NCBI GenBank assembly: GCA_902616615.1
Contig: CACMTN010000006.1
Coordinates: forward strand, 23,438 to 87,437
Direction of reading: 5' to 3'
Source of the DNA: an uncultured SAR116 cluster alpha proteobacterium
Lineage (GTDB): Bacteria; Pseudomonadota; Alphaproteobacteria; Puniceispirillales; Marisalimonadaceae
Length of the DNA: 64,000 nucleotides
Position numbers and translations under genes: made by a program. Positions 1 to 10,603 of this stretch are shown one piece after another. How positions within the stretch are numbered: position 1 is the stretch's first letter; every line of letters starts with the position of its first letter. The notes below the pieces were generated by a model, which ran no database searches, had not been told where the DNA came from, and saw nothing but the letters and a program-made list of their open reading frames with translations.

Positions 1-246
1 AACTGTGCAGGAAGGCTTGGAGGTGCAGAAATTGCTAGAACTGAGTGGTATCGTGAAGGTAGAGTGCCATTGCATACGCTTAGAGCTGATGTTGATTATG
101 GTGAATCTACTGCATTCACCACATATGGAGCAACTGGCATTAAAGTTTGGATCTTCAAAGGTGAAGTAATGGAACATGATCCTATGGCTCAAGACAAAAA
201 AATGAGCAATTTACTAAAAGGATCAAATAACAAAAATATGGACTAG
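1..246 (+). CDS. rpsC: 30S ribosomal protein S3, C-terminal part (5' truncated by window)
   Basis: Frame 1 reads from base 1 as [33 protein letters not shown]...GIKVWI, the S3 C-terminal signature; precedes rplP. Confidence 0.98.
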   Translation, partial: NCAGRLGGAEIARTEWYREGRVPLHTLRADVDYGESTAFTTYGATGIKVWIFKGEVMEHDPMAQDKKMSNLLKGSNNKNMD

Positions 247-255
247 GGATAATTT

Positions 256-669
256 ATGTTACAACCTAAAAGAACAAAATTTAGAAAAGCTCATAAAGGT
301 AGAATTCATGGTTTAGCCAAAGGTGGAACAAAATTGAATTTTGGATCTTTTGGACTAAAAGCAGTTCAACCAGAGAGAGTTACAGCAAGACAAATTGAAG
401 CTGCAAGAAGAGCGATTACAAGGCACCTCAGACGTGCAGGTAGGGTTTGGATAAGGATATTTCCTGATGTTCCTGTTTCAAGTAAACCTGCAGAGGTTAG
501 AATGGGTAAGGGCAAAGGTTCGCCTGAATACTGGGTATGTAGAGTAAAACCTGGAAAAATTATGTTTGAATTGGATGGTGTTTCAGAAGTTGCAGCTAAA
601 GAGGCTTTAAGTTTAGCCGCTGCTAAACTTCCAATGAATACTAAAGTTGTTAAAAGATTAGGTGAATAG
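256..669 (+). CDS. rplP: 50S ribosomal protein L16
   Basis: [11 protein letters not shown]...RMGKGKG motifs; S10 operon order. Confidence 0.99.
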   Translation: MLQPKRTKFRKAHKGRIHGLAKGGTKLNFGSFGLKAVQPERVTARQIEAARRAITRHLRRAGRVWIRIFPDVPVSSKPAEVRMGKGKGSPEYWVCRVKPGKIMFELDGVSEVAAKEALSLAAAKLPMNTKVVKRLGE

Positions 670-681
670 TTGGAGATTTAA

Positions 682-882
682 ATGGCAAAGTATAAGCCCA
701 AAGATTTAAAAGTTAAAACATTGGATGAACTGAAAGAACAATTAAAACTTCTTAGAAAAGAACAGTTTAATCTTAGATTTCAAGTTAGTAATGGCCAAAA
801 TGAAAATCCTTCGAGATTTAAGTTCATACGTAAAGAGATAGCTTGTATAAAGACAATCTTGAATAATGCTAATTCAATATAA
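682..882 (+). CDS. rpmC: 50S ribosomal protein L29
   Basis: 66 aa, LRKEQFNLRFQ...RKEIACIKT; GGAG RBS; operon position. Confidence 0.97.
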   Translation: MAKYKPKDLKVKTLDELKEQLKLLRKEQFNLRFQVSNGQNENPSRFKFIRKEIACIKTILNNANSI

Positions 883-901
883 ATTTTAAGGAATTAATAT
901 C

Positions 902-1129
902 ATGCCAAAAAGAATATTAACAGGAAAAGTAACAAGCAATAAAGCTAACAAAACAGTTACTGTTCAGGTAGAAAGAAAAATTATGCATCCCATGTACAAG
1001 AAATTTGTTACTAAATCTAAAAAATTTGCTGCTCACGATAGTGAGAATAAATCTAAAATTGGAGATGTTGTCAATATACGAGAATGTACTCCCATTTCAA
1101 AAAATAAACGTTTTGAAGTGATATATTAA
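902..1129 (+). CDS. rpsQ: 30S ribosomal protein S17
   Basis: G.V.S.K..KTVTV.VER...HPMYKK...AHD...GDVV.I.E..PISK.K. Confidence 0.98.
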   Translation: MPKRILTGKVTSNKANKTVTVQVERKIMHPMYKKFVTKSKKFAAHDSENKSKIGDVVNIRECTPISKNKRFEVIY

Positions 1130-1149
1130 TAAATTATTGGAGACATATT

Positions 1150-1518
1150 ATGATACAAATGCAAAGTAATCTTGATGTTGCAGATAACTCCGGCGCAAGA
1201 AGGATACAATGTATTAAAGTTTTAGGTGGATCTGGAAGAAAAACTGCTGCTGTAGGTGATGTTATTGTGGTTTCTATTAAAGAAGCCATTCCGAGAGGAC
1301 GAGTTAAAAAGGGTGATGTCCATAGAGCTGTAATTGTTAGAACATCCAAGGAAGTTAGACGTAATGATGGAACTTGTATTAGATTTGATAAAAATGCGGC
1401 TGTATTAGTAAATAAAAGTAATGAACCAATTGGAACTCGTATTTTCGGGCCAGTAACTCGTGAATTAAGAAATAGAAAATTTATGAAAATAATCTCTTTG
1501 GCTCCAGAGGTTTTGTGA
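1150..1518 (+). CDS. rplN: 50S ribosomal protein L14
   Basis: [16 protein letters not shown]...SLAPEVL. Confidence 0.99.
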   Translation: MIQMQSNLDVADNSGARRIQCIKVLGGSGRKTAAVGDVIVVSIKEAIPRGRVKKGDVHRAVIVRTSKEVRRNDGTCIRFDKNAAVLVNKSNEPIGTRIFGPVTRELRNRKFMKIISLAPEVL

Positions 1519-1838
1519 TGAATAAAAAATTTAAAATTAAAACTGGTGATAGAGTTATTATTATTTGTGGGAAAGATAAAGGTAAAACTGGAAATGTAAC
1601 CTCTGTGATAAAATCAAATGATAGAGTGATAGTTGAAGGAATTAATATTGTTAAACGTCATAGAAAAGCAACACAAGAAAGTCCTGGTAAAATCGAAGAA
1701 AAGGAAGCTTCTATTCACATCTCAAATGTAGCTCACGTAGATCCGGAAAATGGAAAAGCTACTAGAGTTAGGTATGAGATTAAAGATGGTGTTAAAAGAA
1801 GATTGTCAGTAATTTCTGGTTCATTGATAGATAAATAG
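1518..1838 (+). CDS. rplX: 50S ribosomal protein L24
   Basis: KOW motif [16 protein letters not shown] and EASIHISNV; ATG at 1518 overlaps the rplN stop (alternative GTG at 1515). Confidence 0.98.
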   Translation: MNKKFKIKTGDRVIIICGKDKGKTGNVTSVIKSNDRVIVEGINIVKRHRKATQESPGKIEEKEASIHISNVAHVDPENGKATRVRYEIKDGVKRRLSVISGSLIDK

Positions 1839-1848
1839 TTTGGAGCTA

Positions 1849-2391
1849 ATGATGAATGTAAGATTGCAAGAAAAATACAAAAGTGAAATCACAAGTATTT
1901 TAAAAAATAAATATAATTATAAGAACAACTTAGAAATTCCTAAACTTCAAAAGGTAGTTATTAATATGGGGGTTGGTGAAGCTGTTAAGGACAGTAAAAA
2001 AATTGACTTGGCAGTAAATGAGTTAGCTGCAATTACGGGTCAAAAGCCCGTTATTACTAAGTCAAAGAAGGCTAATGCAAGTTTCAAACTTAGAGAAGGT
2101 ATGCCAATAGGTGTAAAAGTCACACTCAGGAAAAGTAAAATGTATGAATTCGTAGATAGATTCATAAATATTGCATTACCTAGGGTTAGAGATTTTAGAG
2201 GTGTTAATTCTAAAAGTTTTGATGGAAATGGTAATTATGCAATTGGTTTAAAAGAACAATATGTTTTTCCTGAAATAGAATATGACAATGTTGATTCAGT
2301 TAGAGGTATGGATATAATTTTTGTTACTTCAGCTAAATCTGATGAGGAAGCAAAAGCTTTACTTGATGCTTTTGATTTTCCTTTTAATTAA
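1849..2391 (+). CDS. rplE: 50S ribosomal protein L5
   Basis: [30 protein letters not shown]; ATG at 1849/1852 after GGAG preferred over TTG at 1840. Confidence 0.98.
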   Translation: MMNVRLQEKYKSEITSILKNKYNYKNNLEIPKLQKVVINMGVGEAVKDSKKIDLAVNELAAITGQKPVITKSKKANASFKLREGMPIGVKVTLRKSKMYEFVDRFINIALPRVRDFRGVNSKSFDGNGNYAIGLKEQYVFPEIEYDNVDSVRGMDIIFVTSAKSDEEAKALLDAFDFPFN

Positions 2392-2416
2392 TAATAATTA
2401 GAATTAGGAGATATAG

Positions 2417-2722
2417 ATGGCAAAAAAAAGTGCTATCCAGAAAAATTTAAATAAAGAAAAGCAAGTAAAAAAAAGTAAATCCAGAAGAGATCGTTTGAAG
2501 TCTATCTGTAGTAATAGATCTCTTCCTATGGAACAACGATTCGAAGCTCAGCTCAAACTTTCAGAAATGCCAAGAAATGGATCGAAGATTAGGCTAAGAA
2601 ATAGATGCTTAATTACTGGAAGGCCTCGTGGCTATTATAGAAAAGTCAAAATGTCTAGGATTGCCCTTAGAGAATTAGCGTTATCTGGTCAAATACCAGG
2701 TATGGTAAAATCAAGTTGGTAG
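2417..2722 (+). CDS. rpsN: 30S ribosomal protein S14 (long, Zn-independent form)
   Basis: 101 aa; [12 protein letters not shown]...IPGMVKSSW. Confidence 0.98.
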   Translation: MAKKSAIQKNLNKEKQVKKSKSRRDRLKSICSNRSLPMEQRFEAQLKLSEMPRNGSKIRLRNRCLITGRPRGYYRKVKMSRIALRELALSGQIPGMVKSSW

Positions 2723-2735
2723 AAAGGTTTTTATT

Positions 2736-3134
2736 ATGTCAATGAGTGATACACTTGGGGATATGTTGACCAGAATTAGAAATGGTCAATCCGCTCATAA
2801 AACTGTGGTTGAAGCACCTGCTTCAAGATTTAGGGCAAATGTATTAGATGTACTTAAAAGAGAGGGATACATTCGTAACTTTTCAAAGGTTGAAAAAAGT
2901 CCTGGAATACACGAATTTAAAATTGAATTAAAATATTATGAGGGTAAGCCAGTTATAAGTGAAATTAGAAGAGTTTCAACACCAGGTAGAAGAGTATATT
3001 CAAGTATCAACGACTTGCCAAGGACTTATAATGGTCTTGGTATTTCTATTCTTTCTACTCCAAGAGGTGTAATGAGTGACAATGAAGCTAGGGCCGCTCA
3101 TGTTGGCGGTGAAGTCCTTTGTCAGGTATTTTAG
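2736..3134 (+). CDS. rpsH: 30S ribosomal protein S8
   Basis: DMLTRIRNG...STPGRRVY...GGEVLC. Confidence 0.99.
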   Translation: MSMSDTLGDMLTRIRNGQSAHKTVVEAPASRFRANVLDVLKREGYIRNFSKVEKSPGIHEFKIELKYYEGKPVISEIRRVSTPGRRVYSSINDLPRTYNGLGISILSTPRGVMSDNEARAAHVGGEVLCQVF

Positions 3135-3144
3135 GAGTATTTTG

Positions 3145-3678
3145 ATGTCAAGAGTAGGTCAAGCCATTATTAACATCCCAGAGGGTGTTGAGGTAAAAAA
3201 AGAAAATAGTAATTTTTTAGTGAAAGGTTCAAAAGGTGAACTAAGTGCACCTATTAGCGATACTGTCGACGTAATAATTAATGATAAAATTATTAAGGTT
3301 GAGCTGAGGAATAAAAATTCTAAGAATAATGCACTATGGGGCACAACAAGAGCTCTTATAAATAATGCTGTTCAGGGTGTTAGTGTTGGATTTGAAAAAG
3401 AAATGGAAATTATAGGGGTAGGTTATAGGGGGACGCTTCAAGGAAACAAACTAACTCTAAATCTCGGTTTGAGTCATCCAGTTGAAATTGAGGTTCCTAA
3501 AGGTATCACAGTAAAAATGGATGGGAATACAAAATTCACTATTTCCAGTGCAGATAAACAAAAGTTAGGAGAATTTGCTGCAATGGTTCGATCTAAAAGA
3601 CCACCAGAACCATTTAAAGGTAAAGGTATACGCTATAGTAATGAATATGTTTTAAGAAAAGAAGGAAAGAAGAAATAG
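3145..3678 (+). CDS. rplF: 50S ribosomal protein L6
   Basis: MSRVG start at ATG 3145 after AGGAG (track start 3076 is over-extended); [13 protein letters not shown]. Confidence 0.98.
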   Translation: MSRVGQAIINIPEGVEVKKENSNFLVKGSKGELSAPISDTVDVIINDKIIKVELRNKNSKNNALWGTTRALINNAVQGVSVGFEKEMEIIGVGYRGTLQGNKLTLNLGLSHPVEIEVPKGITVKMDGNTKFTISSADKQKLGEFAAMVRSKRPPEPFKGKGIRYSNEYVLRKEGKKK

Positions 3679-3686
3679 AGGTTATA

Positions 3687-4049
3687 ATGGGTAATATAAT
3701 GTCATTGCACAACAAAAGAAAACAAAGAAATAGAAAATCACTAAAGAAAAAATCAATTGGGAAACTAAGGTTGTCAGTATTTAGGTCTAATAAGCATATT
3801 TATGGCCAAATTATTGATGACAACAATGGAACCACAATTACCTCTGCCTCAAGCCTTGAAGAAAGTGTAAAAAAACAGTTTAAAAATTGTGGGACTAGTG
3901 AAGTAGCTACAGTAGTTGGAAAGTTAATAGCTGAAAAAGCTATAAAGAAAGGTATTAAAAGCGTTGTATTTGATAGAGGTGGATATATTTATCATGGTAG
4001 AGTAAAAAACTTGGCTGAGTCAGCTAGAAGCAATGGTTTAAAATTTTAG
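3687..4049 (+). CDS. rplR: 50S ribosomal protein L18
   Basis: [18 protein letters not shown]...[13 protein letters not shown]. Confidence 0.98.
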   Translation: MGNIMSLHNKRKQRNRKSLKKKSIGKLRLSVFRSNKHIYGQIIDDNNGTTITSASSLEESVKKQFKNCGTSEVATVVGKLIAEKAIKKGIKSVVFDRGGYIYHGRVKNLAESARSNGLKF

Positions 4050-4058
4050 GGGTAATAA

Positions 4059-4625
4059 ATGTCAAGAATTGAAAAACAAGATAAAAAGATTAATAAAGAT
4101 GAAAATGAATTAATTGACAAGTTAGTTGGTATAAATAGAGTTGCTAAAGTTGTCAAAGGTGGTAGACGCTTTGGGTTTGCTGCGCTTGTTGTAGTTGGAG
4201 ATCAAAGAGGCAAAGTGGGTTTTGGTACAGGTAAAGCTAAAGAAGTACCTGAAGCAATAAAGAAAGCAACCGATGATGCAAAAAAAAATATGATTAAGGT
4301 TCCATTAAAAGAAGGCAGAACATTACACCATGATATGAAAGGTCATTTTGGAGCAGGTAAAGTTATTCTTAGATCTGCTCCTTCAGGTACAGGTATAATT
4401 GCAGGCGGTCCTATGAGAGCTGTTTTTGAAACCTTAGGAGTTCAAGATGTAGTTGCAAAGTCAATAGGCACATCAAATCCTCATAACATGATTAAAGCTA
4501 CTTTTGATGCTTTTACTATTATGGATTCACCAAGAAATGTAGCAAATAAAAGAAGTAAAAAAGTCTCTGAAATTTTTGGAAATAAATTGAAGTCAGATGC
4601 AAAATCTAATTCCAATGAAGGATAG
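4059..4625 (+). CDS. rpsE: 30S ribosomal protein S5
   Basis: [24 protein letters not shown]. Confidence 0.99.
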   Translation: MSRIEKQDKKINKDENELIDKLVGINRVAKVVKGGRRFGFAALVVVGDQRGKVGFGTGKAKEVPEAIKKATDDAKKNMIKVPLKEGRTLHHDMKGHFGAGKVILRSAPSGTGIIAGGPMRAVFETLGVQDVVAKSIGTSNPHNMIKATFDAFTIMDSPRNVANKRSKKVSEIFGNKLKSDAKSNSNEG

Positions 4626-4633
4626 GTGTTATA

Positions 4634-4816
4634 ATGTCAATAAAAAAAACTATAATTGTTACTCAAACAAAAAGTCCAATTGGCAGGGAAGCGTCTCAAA
4701 GAAAAACCTTAATAGGTCTTGGTTTAAACAAAATTGGTCGCAGTAAAGAATTGGAGGACATACCCTCAATCAGAGGTATGATAGATAAAGTTAAGCATTT
4801 AGTGAAAGTTCATTAG
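4634..4816 (+). CDS. rpmD: 50S ribosomal protein L30
   Basis: SPIGR...[10 protein letters not shown]...[12 protein letters not shown]. Confidence 0.98.
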   Translation: MSIKKTIIVTQTKSPIGREASQRKTLIGLGLNKIGRSKELEDIPSIRGMIDKVKHLVKVH

Positions 4817-4838
4817 TATAGATATAACATGGGTAAAA

Positions 4839-5342
4839 ATGATGAAACTAAACGAAATAAAAGATAATATAGGTTCTACCAAATCACGAAAGCGGATTGG
4901 CAGAGGTATTGGATCAGGTACTGGAAAAACTTCAGGTAAGGGTCATAAAGGTCAAAAGTCTAGATCTGGTGTTTCTATCAAAGGTTTTGAAGGTGGGCAG
5001 ATGCCAATTCATAGACGTTTACCTAAACGAGGATTTAATAATATAAATAGAGTTAGTTATACAGAATTAAATTTAAACAAATTACAAAAGCTTATCGATA
5101 GTAATAAAATTAATCCAAATAAACCTATAAATTTTGAAACATATTTAGATATAGGTCTAATAAAATCAAATAAAGATAAAGTCAAACTTTTAGCTAAAGG
5201 CGAAATTAAAAATAAAGTTGAAATTGAAGCTACTAATTTTTCTGAAAATGCAAAAAAATCGATAGAAAAAATGGGTGGTAAAATTATTAAATTTGAGAAC
5301 AAAAAATCTAATTCAAAGCAAACTAAAGAGACAGAGGTTTAG
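4839..5342 (+). CDS. rplO: 50S ribosomal protein L15
   Basis: RIGRGIGSGTGKTSGKGHKGQKSRSG...FEGGQMP. Confidence 0.99.
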   Translation: MMKLNEIKDNIGSTKSRKRIGRGIGSGTGKTSGKGHKGQKSRSGVSIKGFEGGQMPIHRRLPKRGFNNINRVSYTELNLNKLQKLIDSNKINPNKPINFETYLDIGLIKSNKDKVKLLAKGEIKNKVEIEATNFSENAKKSIEKMGGKIIKFENKKSNSKQTKETEV

Positions 5343-5345
5343 TTT

Positions 5346-6674
5346 ATGGCTAATGAAGGTTTTTTTGGAATATTAGGACAGGCCACTGAATTACGTCAAA
5401 GGATACTTTTCACTCTGGGTGCCCTAATAATATATAGATTAGGTACATATATCCCCGTTCCAGGAATAAATGCCGTTGCCCTCTCCGAAATAGTTAGTAA
5501 CGCCAATAGTGGTGTTTTAGGGATGTTTAACATGTTTTCTGGTGGTGCTTTGGGTCGAATGACTATTTTTGCATTAACTATATTACCGTATATTTCAGCT
5601 TCAATTATTATGCAACTTATGACTTCGATTTCTCCTCAAATGTCTCAACTAAAAAAAGAAGGTGAAGCTGGAAGAAAAACCATAAATCAATATACGAGGT
5701 ATCTCACAGTATTACTTGCTACAGTTCAAGCTTATGGATTTGCAATTGCTCTAGAAGGAACTTCAGGCTCATCAGGGTCACTCGTTAACAATCCAGGTGT
5801 TTTTTTTAAAATTACGACTGTTGTAACTTTAGTTGGTTCTGTAATGTTTTTACTATGGTTAGGTGAACAAATCACTTCACGAGGAATAGGAAATGGAGTT
5901 TCGTTAATTATTTTTGCTGGGATTGTCGCAGAGTTACCTAGAGCTTTAGCTCAGATTTTAGAACAAGGAAGAACTGGGTCAATTTCAACTTTTTTAATTA
6001 TTGGAATTTTTATTCTAGCAATTGCAGTTATAGTTTTCATAGTTTTTATTGAACGTTCACAAAGAAAAATAATTGTACAGTATCCTAAGAGGCAAATGGG
6101 AAATAAAATGTTCGCTGGTGACACATCTCATTTACCTTTAAAGATTAATGTACCTGGTGTCATCCCTCCAATATTTGCATCTGCTCTACTGTTGCTTCCT
6201 ACATCTTTATCCTCATTTTCTGGTATAGACGGAAATAGCTCGGATTGGGTTTTGACATTAAACTCATATTTTGGAAGGGGGCAACCACTTTATCTGGCAA
6301 TTTATATTGGCCTAATAGTTTTTTTTGCATTTTTTTATACTGCCATTGTTTTTAATCCGGACGAAACCGCGGATAATCTTAAGAAAAATGGTGGCTATGT
6401 GCCTGGCATTAGGCCTGGACCTCCAACTGCCGATTATTTAGATTTTGTTTTAACAAGACTAACTGCTATTGGAGCAACATATTTAGCGGCAGTATGTATT
6501 TTACCCGAGATTTTGATTTCAAAGTATTCCATTCCATTCTATTTAGGTGGTACAAGTTTATTGATTGTAGTAACTGTATCTATGGATACAGTTTCACAGG
6601 CTCAATCACACTTAATTGCTCACAGATATGCAGGTTTGATCAAAAAAACTAAATTAAGAGGTGGGAGAAGGTAA
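5346..6674 (+). CDS. secY: Preprotein translocase subunit SecY
   Basis: Multi-TM protein; PYISASII, LWLGEQIT.RGIGNG, GVIPPIFAS, PGIRPG. Confidence 0.99.
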   Translation: MANEGFFGILGQATELRQRILFTLGALIIYRLGTYIPVPGINAVALSEIVSNANSGVLGMFNMFSGGALGRMTIFALTILPYISASIIMQLMTSISPQMSQLKKEGEAGRKTINQYTRYLTVLLATVQAYGFAIALEGTSGSSGSLVNNPGVFFKITTVVTLVGSVMFLLWLGEQITSRGIGNGVSLIIFAGIVAELPRALAQILEQGRTGSISTFLIIGIFILAIAVIVFIVFIERSQRKIIVQYPKRQMGNKMFAGDTSHLPLKINVPGVIPPIFASALLLLPTSLSSFSGIDGNSSDWVLTLNSYFGRGQPLYLAIYIGLIVFFAFFYTAIVFNPDETADNLKKNGGYVPGIRPGPPTADYLDFVLTRLTAIGATYLAAVCILPEILISKYSIPFYLGGTSLLIVVTVSMDTVSQAQSHLIAHRYAGLIKKTKLRGGRR

Positions 6675-7238
6675 ATGAATATTATTTTATTCGGTCCACC
6701 TGGTGCTGGTAAGGGAACACAAGCTGAAATATTAATTAATAAATTTAAAATTGTTCAGGTTTCTACTGGAGATATGCTCAGAGAAGAAGTAAAAGCAGAA
6801 ACCGATCTTGGTAAAGAAGCAAAGTTGATTATGGATAATGGAGAATTAGTTTCAGATCAAATTATAATGTCAATGATCAAAAAACGAATAGTAAAATCAG
6901 ATTGTAAAAATGGATTTATTCTTGATGGTTTCCCAAGAACATTAAAACAGGCAATTGAATTAGATAAAGTTTTGGAAAGTCTTAAATTAAATATTGATAA
7001 AGTCATAGAAATTAATGTTGATGAAGAACTTTTATTGAAAAGGATAATAAAAAGAGTTTCTGAAAGTAAAACAACGAGAAATGACGATAATTCTGAAACA
7101 CTAAAAAAAAGAATACAAGTCTATAAAAATGATACATTGCCAGTTATAAAGTATTATAGAGATTTGAACAAGTTACACACTATAAATGGTATGCAGAAAA
7201 TTGAAGAAGTATCGAAAGATATATTAAAATTATTTTAA
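6675..7238 (+). CDS. adk: Adenylate kinase (short-LID type)
   Basis: GPPGAGKGTQ P-loop, STGDMLR, LDGFPRT; 187 aa with short LID (KR...RNDD). Confidence 0.98.
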   Translation: MNIILFGPPGAGKGTQAEILINKFKIVQVSTGDMLREEVKAETDLGKEAKLIMDNGELVSDQIIMSMIKKRIVKSDCKNGFILDGFPRTLKQAIELDKVLESLKLNIDKVIEINVDEELLLKRIIKRVSESKTTRNDDNSETLKKRIQVYKNDTLPVIKYYRDLNKLHTINGMQKIEEVSKDILKLF

Positions 7239-7249
7239 TGATTATAAAG

Positions 7250-7277
7250 TTGACTGTTAACTTGTTGGCTTTATAAT
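7250..7277 (+). promoter_or_regulatory. Putative sigma70 promoter of the alpha operon
   Basis: TTGACT (7250-7255), 16 bp spacer, TATAAT (7272-7277), about 50 bp upstream of rpsM. Confidence 0.65.
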
Positions 7278-7326
7278 CCCCGATTTATTAAGTATCAAAT
7301 AGATCTAAATTGAAAAGGAGAGATTA

Positions 7327-7695
7327 GTGGCACGAATTGCAGGGGTAAATGTCCCAACTAATAAAAGAGTTCACATTGCTTTGACATATGTTCATGGTAT
7401 TGGTTTAACTAGTTCAAAAAATATATGTAGTAAAGTTGGTGTTTCAGAAGATAAAAGAATAAATAGTTTGTCTGAGGATGAGCTTACAAAAATTAGGGAT
7501 TTAATAGATACAGATTATATTGTTGAAGGTGATTTAAGAAGAAAAACTTCTATGGATATTAAAAGATATCTAGATTTGGGTTGTTTGCGAGGACTTAGAC
7601 ATAGAAAAAATCTACCTGTAAGAGGACAAAGAACACATACTAACGCTAGAACAAGAAAAGGCCCTGCAAAAGCAATTGCAGGGAAAAAGAAATAA
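7327..7695 (+). CDS. rpsM: 30S ribosomal protein S13
   Basis: ARIAGVNVP...[23 protein letters not shown]; GTG start after AAGGAG. Confidence 0.99.
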   Translation: MARIAGVNVPTNKRVHIALTYVHGIGLTSSKNICSKVGVSEDKRINSLSEDELTKIRDLIDTDYIVEGDLRRKTSMDIKRYLDLGCLRGLRHRKNLPVRGQRTHTNARTRKGPAKAIAGKKK

Positions 7696-7720
7696 TTTAT
7701 TACAAGGAGAGCTTTTTAGA

Positions 7721-8116
7721 ATGGCAAAACAACCCACGCAAACAAAAATTCGTCGTAAAGAAAGAAAGAACGTTACTAATGCGGTTGCTCATGTTAACTC
7801 ATCTTTTAATAATACTGTTGTAACAATTACAGATATACAAGGGAACGCTATTTCTTGGTCTTCCTCCGGAGCAATGGGTTTTAAGGGCTCTAGAAAATCT
7901 ACTCCATATGCAGCACAATTAGCTGCAGAAGATGCAGGAAAAAAAGCATCTGAACATGGCGTTAAGACCGTTGATATACAAGTTCAAGGTCCAGGTTCAG
8001 GGAGAGAATCAGCTTTAAGAGCACTGCAAACTATTGGTTTTGAAGTAAATTCTATAAGAGATGTGACTCCAATCCCTCACAATGGGTGTAGACCAAAGAA
8101 ACGTAGAAGAGTTTAG
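7721..8116 (+). CDS. rpsK: 30S ribosomal protein S11
   Basis: SFNNT...[14 protein letters not shown]...[12 protein letters not shown]; ATG 7721 after AAGGAG. Confidence 0.99.
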   Translation: MAKQPTQTKIRRKERKNVTNAVAHVNSSFNNTVVTITDIQGNAISWSSSGAMGFKGSRKSTPYAAQLAAEDAGKKASEHGVKTVDIQVQGPGSGRESALRALQTIGFEVNSIRDVTPIPHNGCRPKKRRRV

Positions 8117-8172
8117 AACAACTCTTCTAGATTTTATAACAATAATATTATTATTATATATAGAGAGTAATC

Positions 8173-9189
8173 ATGATTGAAAAGAATTGGAAAGAAATAA
8201 TCAAACCTTCTAAATTAGAAGTTAAAGAAGAAAATAAATTTAAAAACACTTCAACAATAATCGCCGAACCTCTTGAAAGAGGTTATGGTGTAACAATTGG
8301 AAATGCTCTTAGACGCATCCTTCTTTCATCACTTCAAGGTTCAGCTATAACCTCTATACAAGTTCAAGGAGTTCTACACGAATTTTCATCGATACCTGGA
8401 GTAAGAGAAGATCTCACTGATATTATTTTAAATGTTAAAGGAATAAAGGTAAGGATGGACTATGATGGTGTGAAAAAAATTCATCTGAACGTCGAGGGTC
8501 CAGCAACTGTAACTGCTGGAATGATTGAGTGTCCAGCTGAAATTGAAATAATGAATAAAGATCACGAAATTTGTACTTTAGATAATGGAGGTAAACTTTC
8601 CATAGAATTTACTGTTGAAAATGGTAAAGGTTATGTTTCTTCAGCAATTAATAGAAAAGAAGACCTACCAATTGGTGTGATTCCCATCGATGCAATTTAT
8701 AGTCCAATTGTTCAAGTATCATATAATGTTGATAACGCTCGTGTAGGTCAACAAACAGATTATGATAAATTATCATTAGAAGTAACCACTGATGGTTCAG
8801 TTTCTCCTGAAGATGCGGTTGCATTTTCTGCGAGAATTATGCAAGATCAATTAAATAATTTCATTAATTTTGAAGAACCTGAAGAAGAAGAAGCCCCAGA
8901 AGTGTTGGAGGATCTTCCATTTAATAAAAATCTATTAAGAAAGGTTGATGAATTAGAATTATCTGTAAGATCAGCTAATTGTTTGAAAAATGACAATATT
9001 GTATATATTGGCGATTTAGTCCAAAGATCAGAACCTGAAATGTTGCGCACACCTAATTTTGGTAGAAAAAGTTTAAATGAAATACGAGAGGTTCTAAAAG
9101 TAATGGGCCTAGAGCTCGGGATGGATGTAGATAATTGGCCACCAGAAAATATAGAAGAATTAGTAAAAAGAATTGAAGAACCATTCTAA
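8173..9189 (+). CDS. rpoA: DNA-directed RNA polymerase subunit alpha
   Basis: [22 protein letters not shown]; [26 protein letters not shown]. Confidence 0.99.
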   Translation: MIEKNWKEIIKPSKLEVKEENKFKNTSTIIAEPLERGYGVTIGNALRRILLSSLQGSAITSIQVQGVLHEFSSIPGVREDLTDIILNVKGIKVRMDYDGVKKIHLNVEGPATVTAGMIECPAEIEIMNKDHEICTLDNGGKLSIEFTVENGKGYVSSAINRKEDLPIGVIPIDAIYSPIVQVSYNVDNARVGQQTDYDKLSLEVTTDGSVSPEDAVAFSARIMQDQLNNFINFEEPEEEEAPEVLEDLPFNKNLLRKVDELELSVRSANCLKNDNIVYIGDLVQRSEPEMLRTPNFGRKSLNEIREVLKVMGLELGMDVDNWPPENIEELVKRIEEPF

Positions 9190-9217
9190 CTCATTTTAAG
9201 AGATATGGGAGTATTAA

Positions 9218-9658
9218 ATGAAACATAGAGTTAAAGGTAAAAAATTAAATAGAACTTCATCACACAGAAAAGCTCTCTTTAAAAATATGGCACAGGCTAT
9301 AATAAAGCATGAGCAAATTATAACAACATTACCCAAAGCTAAAACCATGAAACCCATAATAGATAAGTTAATTACCTTGGGTAAAAAGGGTAGCTTGCAC
9401 GCTCGAAGACAAGCATTTTCTCAGTTAAGGGATAATAGCATAGTATCAAAATTGTTTGGTGATCTTGCAACAAGATATGCAGAAAGACAAGGAGGATATT
9501 CAAGGGTTCTAAAAGCAGGTTATAGATATGGAGACGCTGCTGCAATGGCCGTTCTTGAGCTAGTTGATAGAAATGAAGATGCTAGGGGTCAAGATAGTGG
9601 TCCGGTTCAAACAAATAATACAAGTGAAGATGAACCAAAAGAAGCTGTTGCTGGATAA
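9218..9658 (+). CDS. rplQ: 50S ribosomal protein L17
   Basis: MKHR...[16 protein letters not shown]...GGYSR. Confidence 0.99.
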   Translation: MKHRVKGKKLNRTSSHRKALFKNMAQAIIKHEQIITTLPKAKTMKPIIDKLITLGKKGSLHARRQAFSQLRDNSIVSKLFGDLATRYAERQGGYSRVLKAGYRYGDAAAMAVLELVDRNEDARGQDSGPVQTNNTSEDEPKEAVAG

Positions 9659-9679
9659 TTTATATACTAATTGAATTTT

Positions 9680-9714
9680 AAAACCGTTCAAAAAAAGTGA
9701 GCGGTTTTTTTTTT
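9680..9714 (+). terminator. Rho-independent terminator after rplQ
   Basis: Stem AAAACCGTTCA / TGAGCGGTTTT (one G-U pair) running into a T10 tract, about 20 bp after the rplQ stop. Confidence 0.8.
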
Positions 9715-9723
9715 GAGAAAAAA

Positions 9724-10578
9724 ATGTATTTTGATAAATTTATAGGAATAGATTGGTCTGGTAACAAAAATAGTTTTCAAGAAGGAATTAGTGTTGCTGA
9801 ATGTTCTAGAGGTAATAAGGTACCACAAATAGTAAAACCGCTGGGTGATAAATATTGGACAAGAACAACCTTAATAGAGTGGCTTTATAAAGAAATAAAA
9901 TTACAAAGAAACTTAATAGGATTTGACTTTGCATTCTCGTATCCTTTTTATGATAGATGTTGTTATTTTCCAGGTATAAAAGATAGTCCTATTAATACAG
10001 AAAAATTATGGAAGTTGATCGAGGATATCAATACAAACGCAAAAAATTTTTATGGTGGAGAGATCTGGGCAAATAAAACTTATGGTAAATTTTTTAATTC
10101 ACCAAAACTTAAAGGTTCTCATTTTTCCAGTAGAAGAAGATTCACGGAGAGATTAGCTAAAAAAATACTCTCTCCAAGTCCAACTTTTAACTGTGTTGGC
10201 CCTGGTGCTGTTGGTACAGGCACTCTAGCAGGTATGAGAATTCTTAATTTATTAAAAAACAAAGCAAAAATCTGGCCTTTTGAGGAGCTTAATTTTTCAA
10301 CTAAAACTGTTATTGTTGAAATTTTTCCATCTTATTATTTTAGGCTCTCTAAAATTAAACCTGAAAAAAAAGTGGGTTATACAATAGAAAATATTAATAA
10401 ATCATTAGAATTTTACAATTCAAATCCTCTTAAAAAAAATCAAATAATTGGTGGTCCAGATCAAGATGATGCTGATTCAATAATTTCGTCAGCGGCATTA
10501 AGATTTTTTTCAGCTGACAAAAAAATTTGGAATGTTCCAAATTCATCCAAGAAAGAGGGATGGATTTTTGGTGTATAG
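9724..10578 (+). CDS. Hypothetical protein, DUF429-like predicted RNase H-fold nuclease
   Basis: IGIDWSG, IGFDFAFSYP, VEIFP and DDADS acidic motifs; ATG 9724 chosen because the GTG at 9697 lies inside the terminator. Confidence 0.6.
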   Translation: MYFDKFIGIDWSGNKNSFQEGISVAECSRGNKVPQIVKPLGDKYWTRTTLIEWLYKEIKLQRNLIGFDFAFSYPFYDRCCYFPGIKDSPINTEKLWKLIEDINTNAKNFYGGEIWANKTYGKFFNSPKLKGSHFSSRRRFTERLAKKILSPSPTFNCVGPGAVGTGTLAGMRILNLLKNKAKIWPFEELNFSTKTVIVEIFPSYYFRLSKIKPEKKVGYTIENINKSLEFYNSNPLKKNQIIGGPDQDDADSIISSAALRFFSADKKIWNVPNSSKKEGWIFGV

Positions 10579-10603
10579 ATAAATATAACTTAAAATAAAA
10601 TTT

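Noticed and set aside
6675-7326. Short-LID adk and no map/infA/rpmJ between secY and rpsM
   Set aside because: Common arrangement in alphaproteobacteria; not novel
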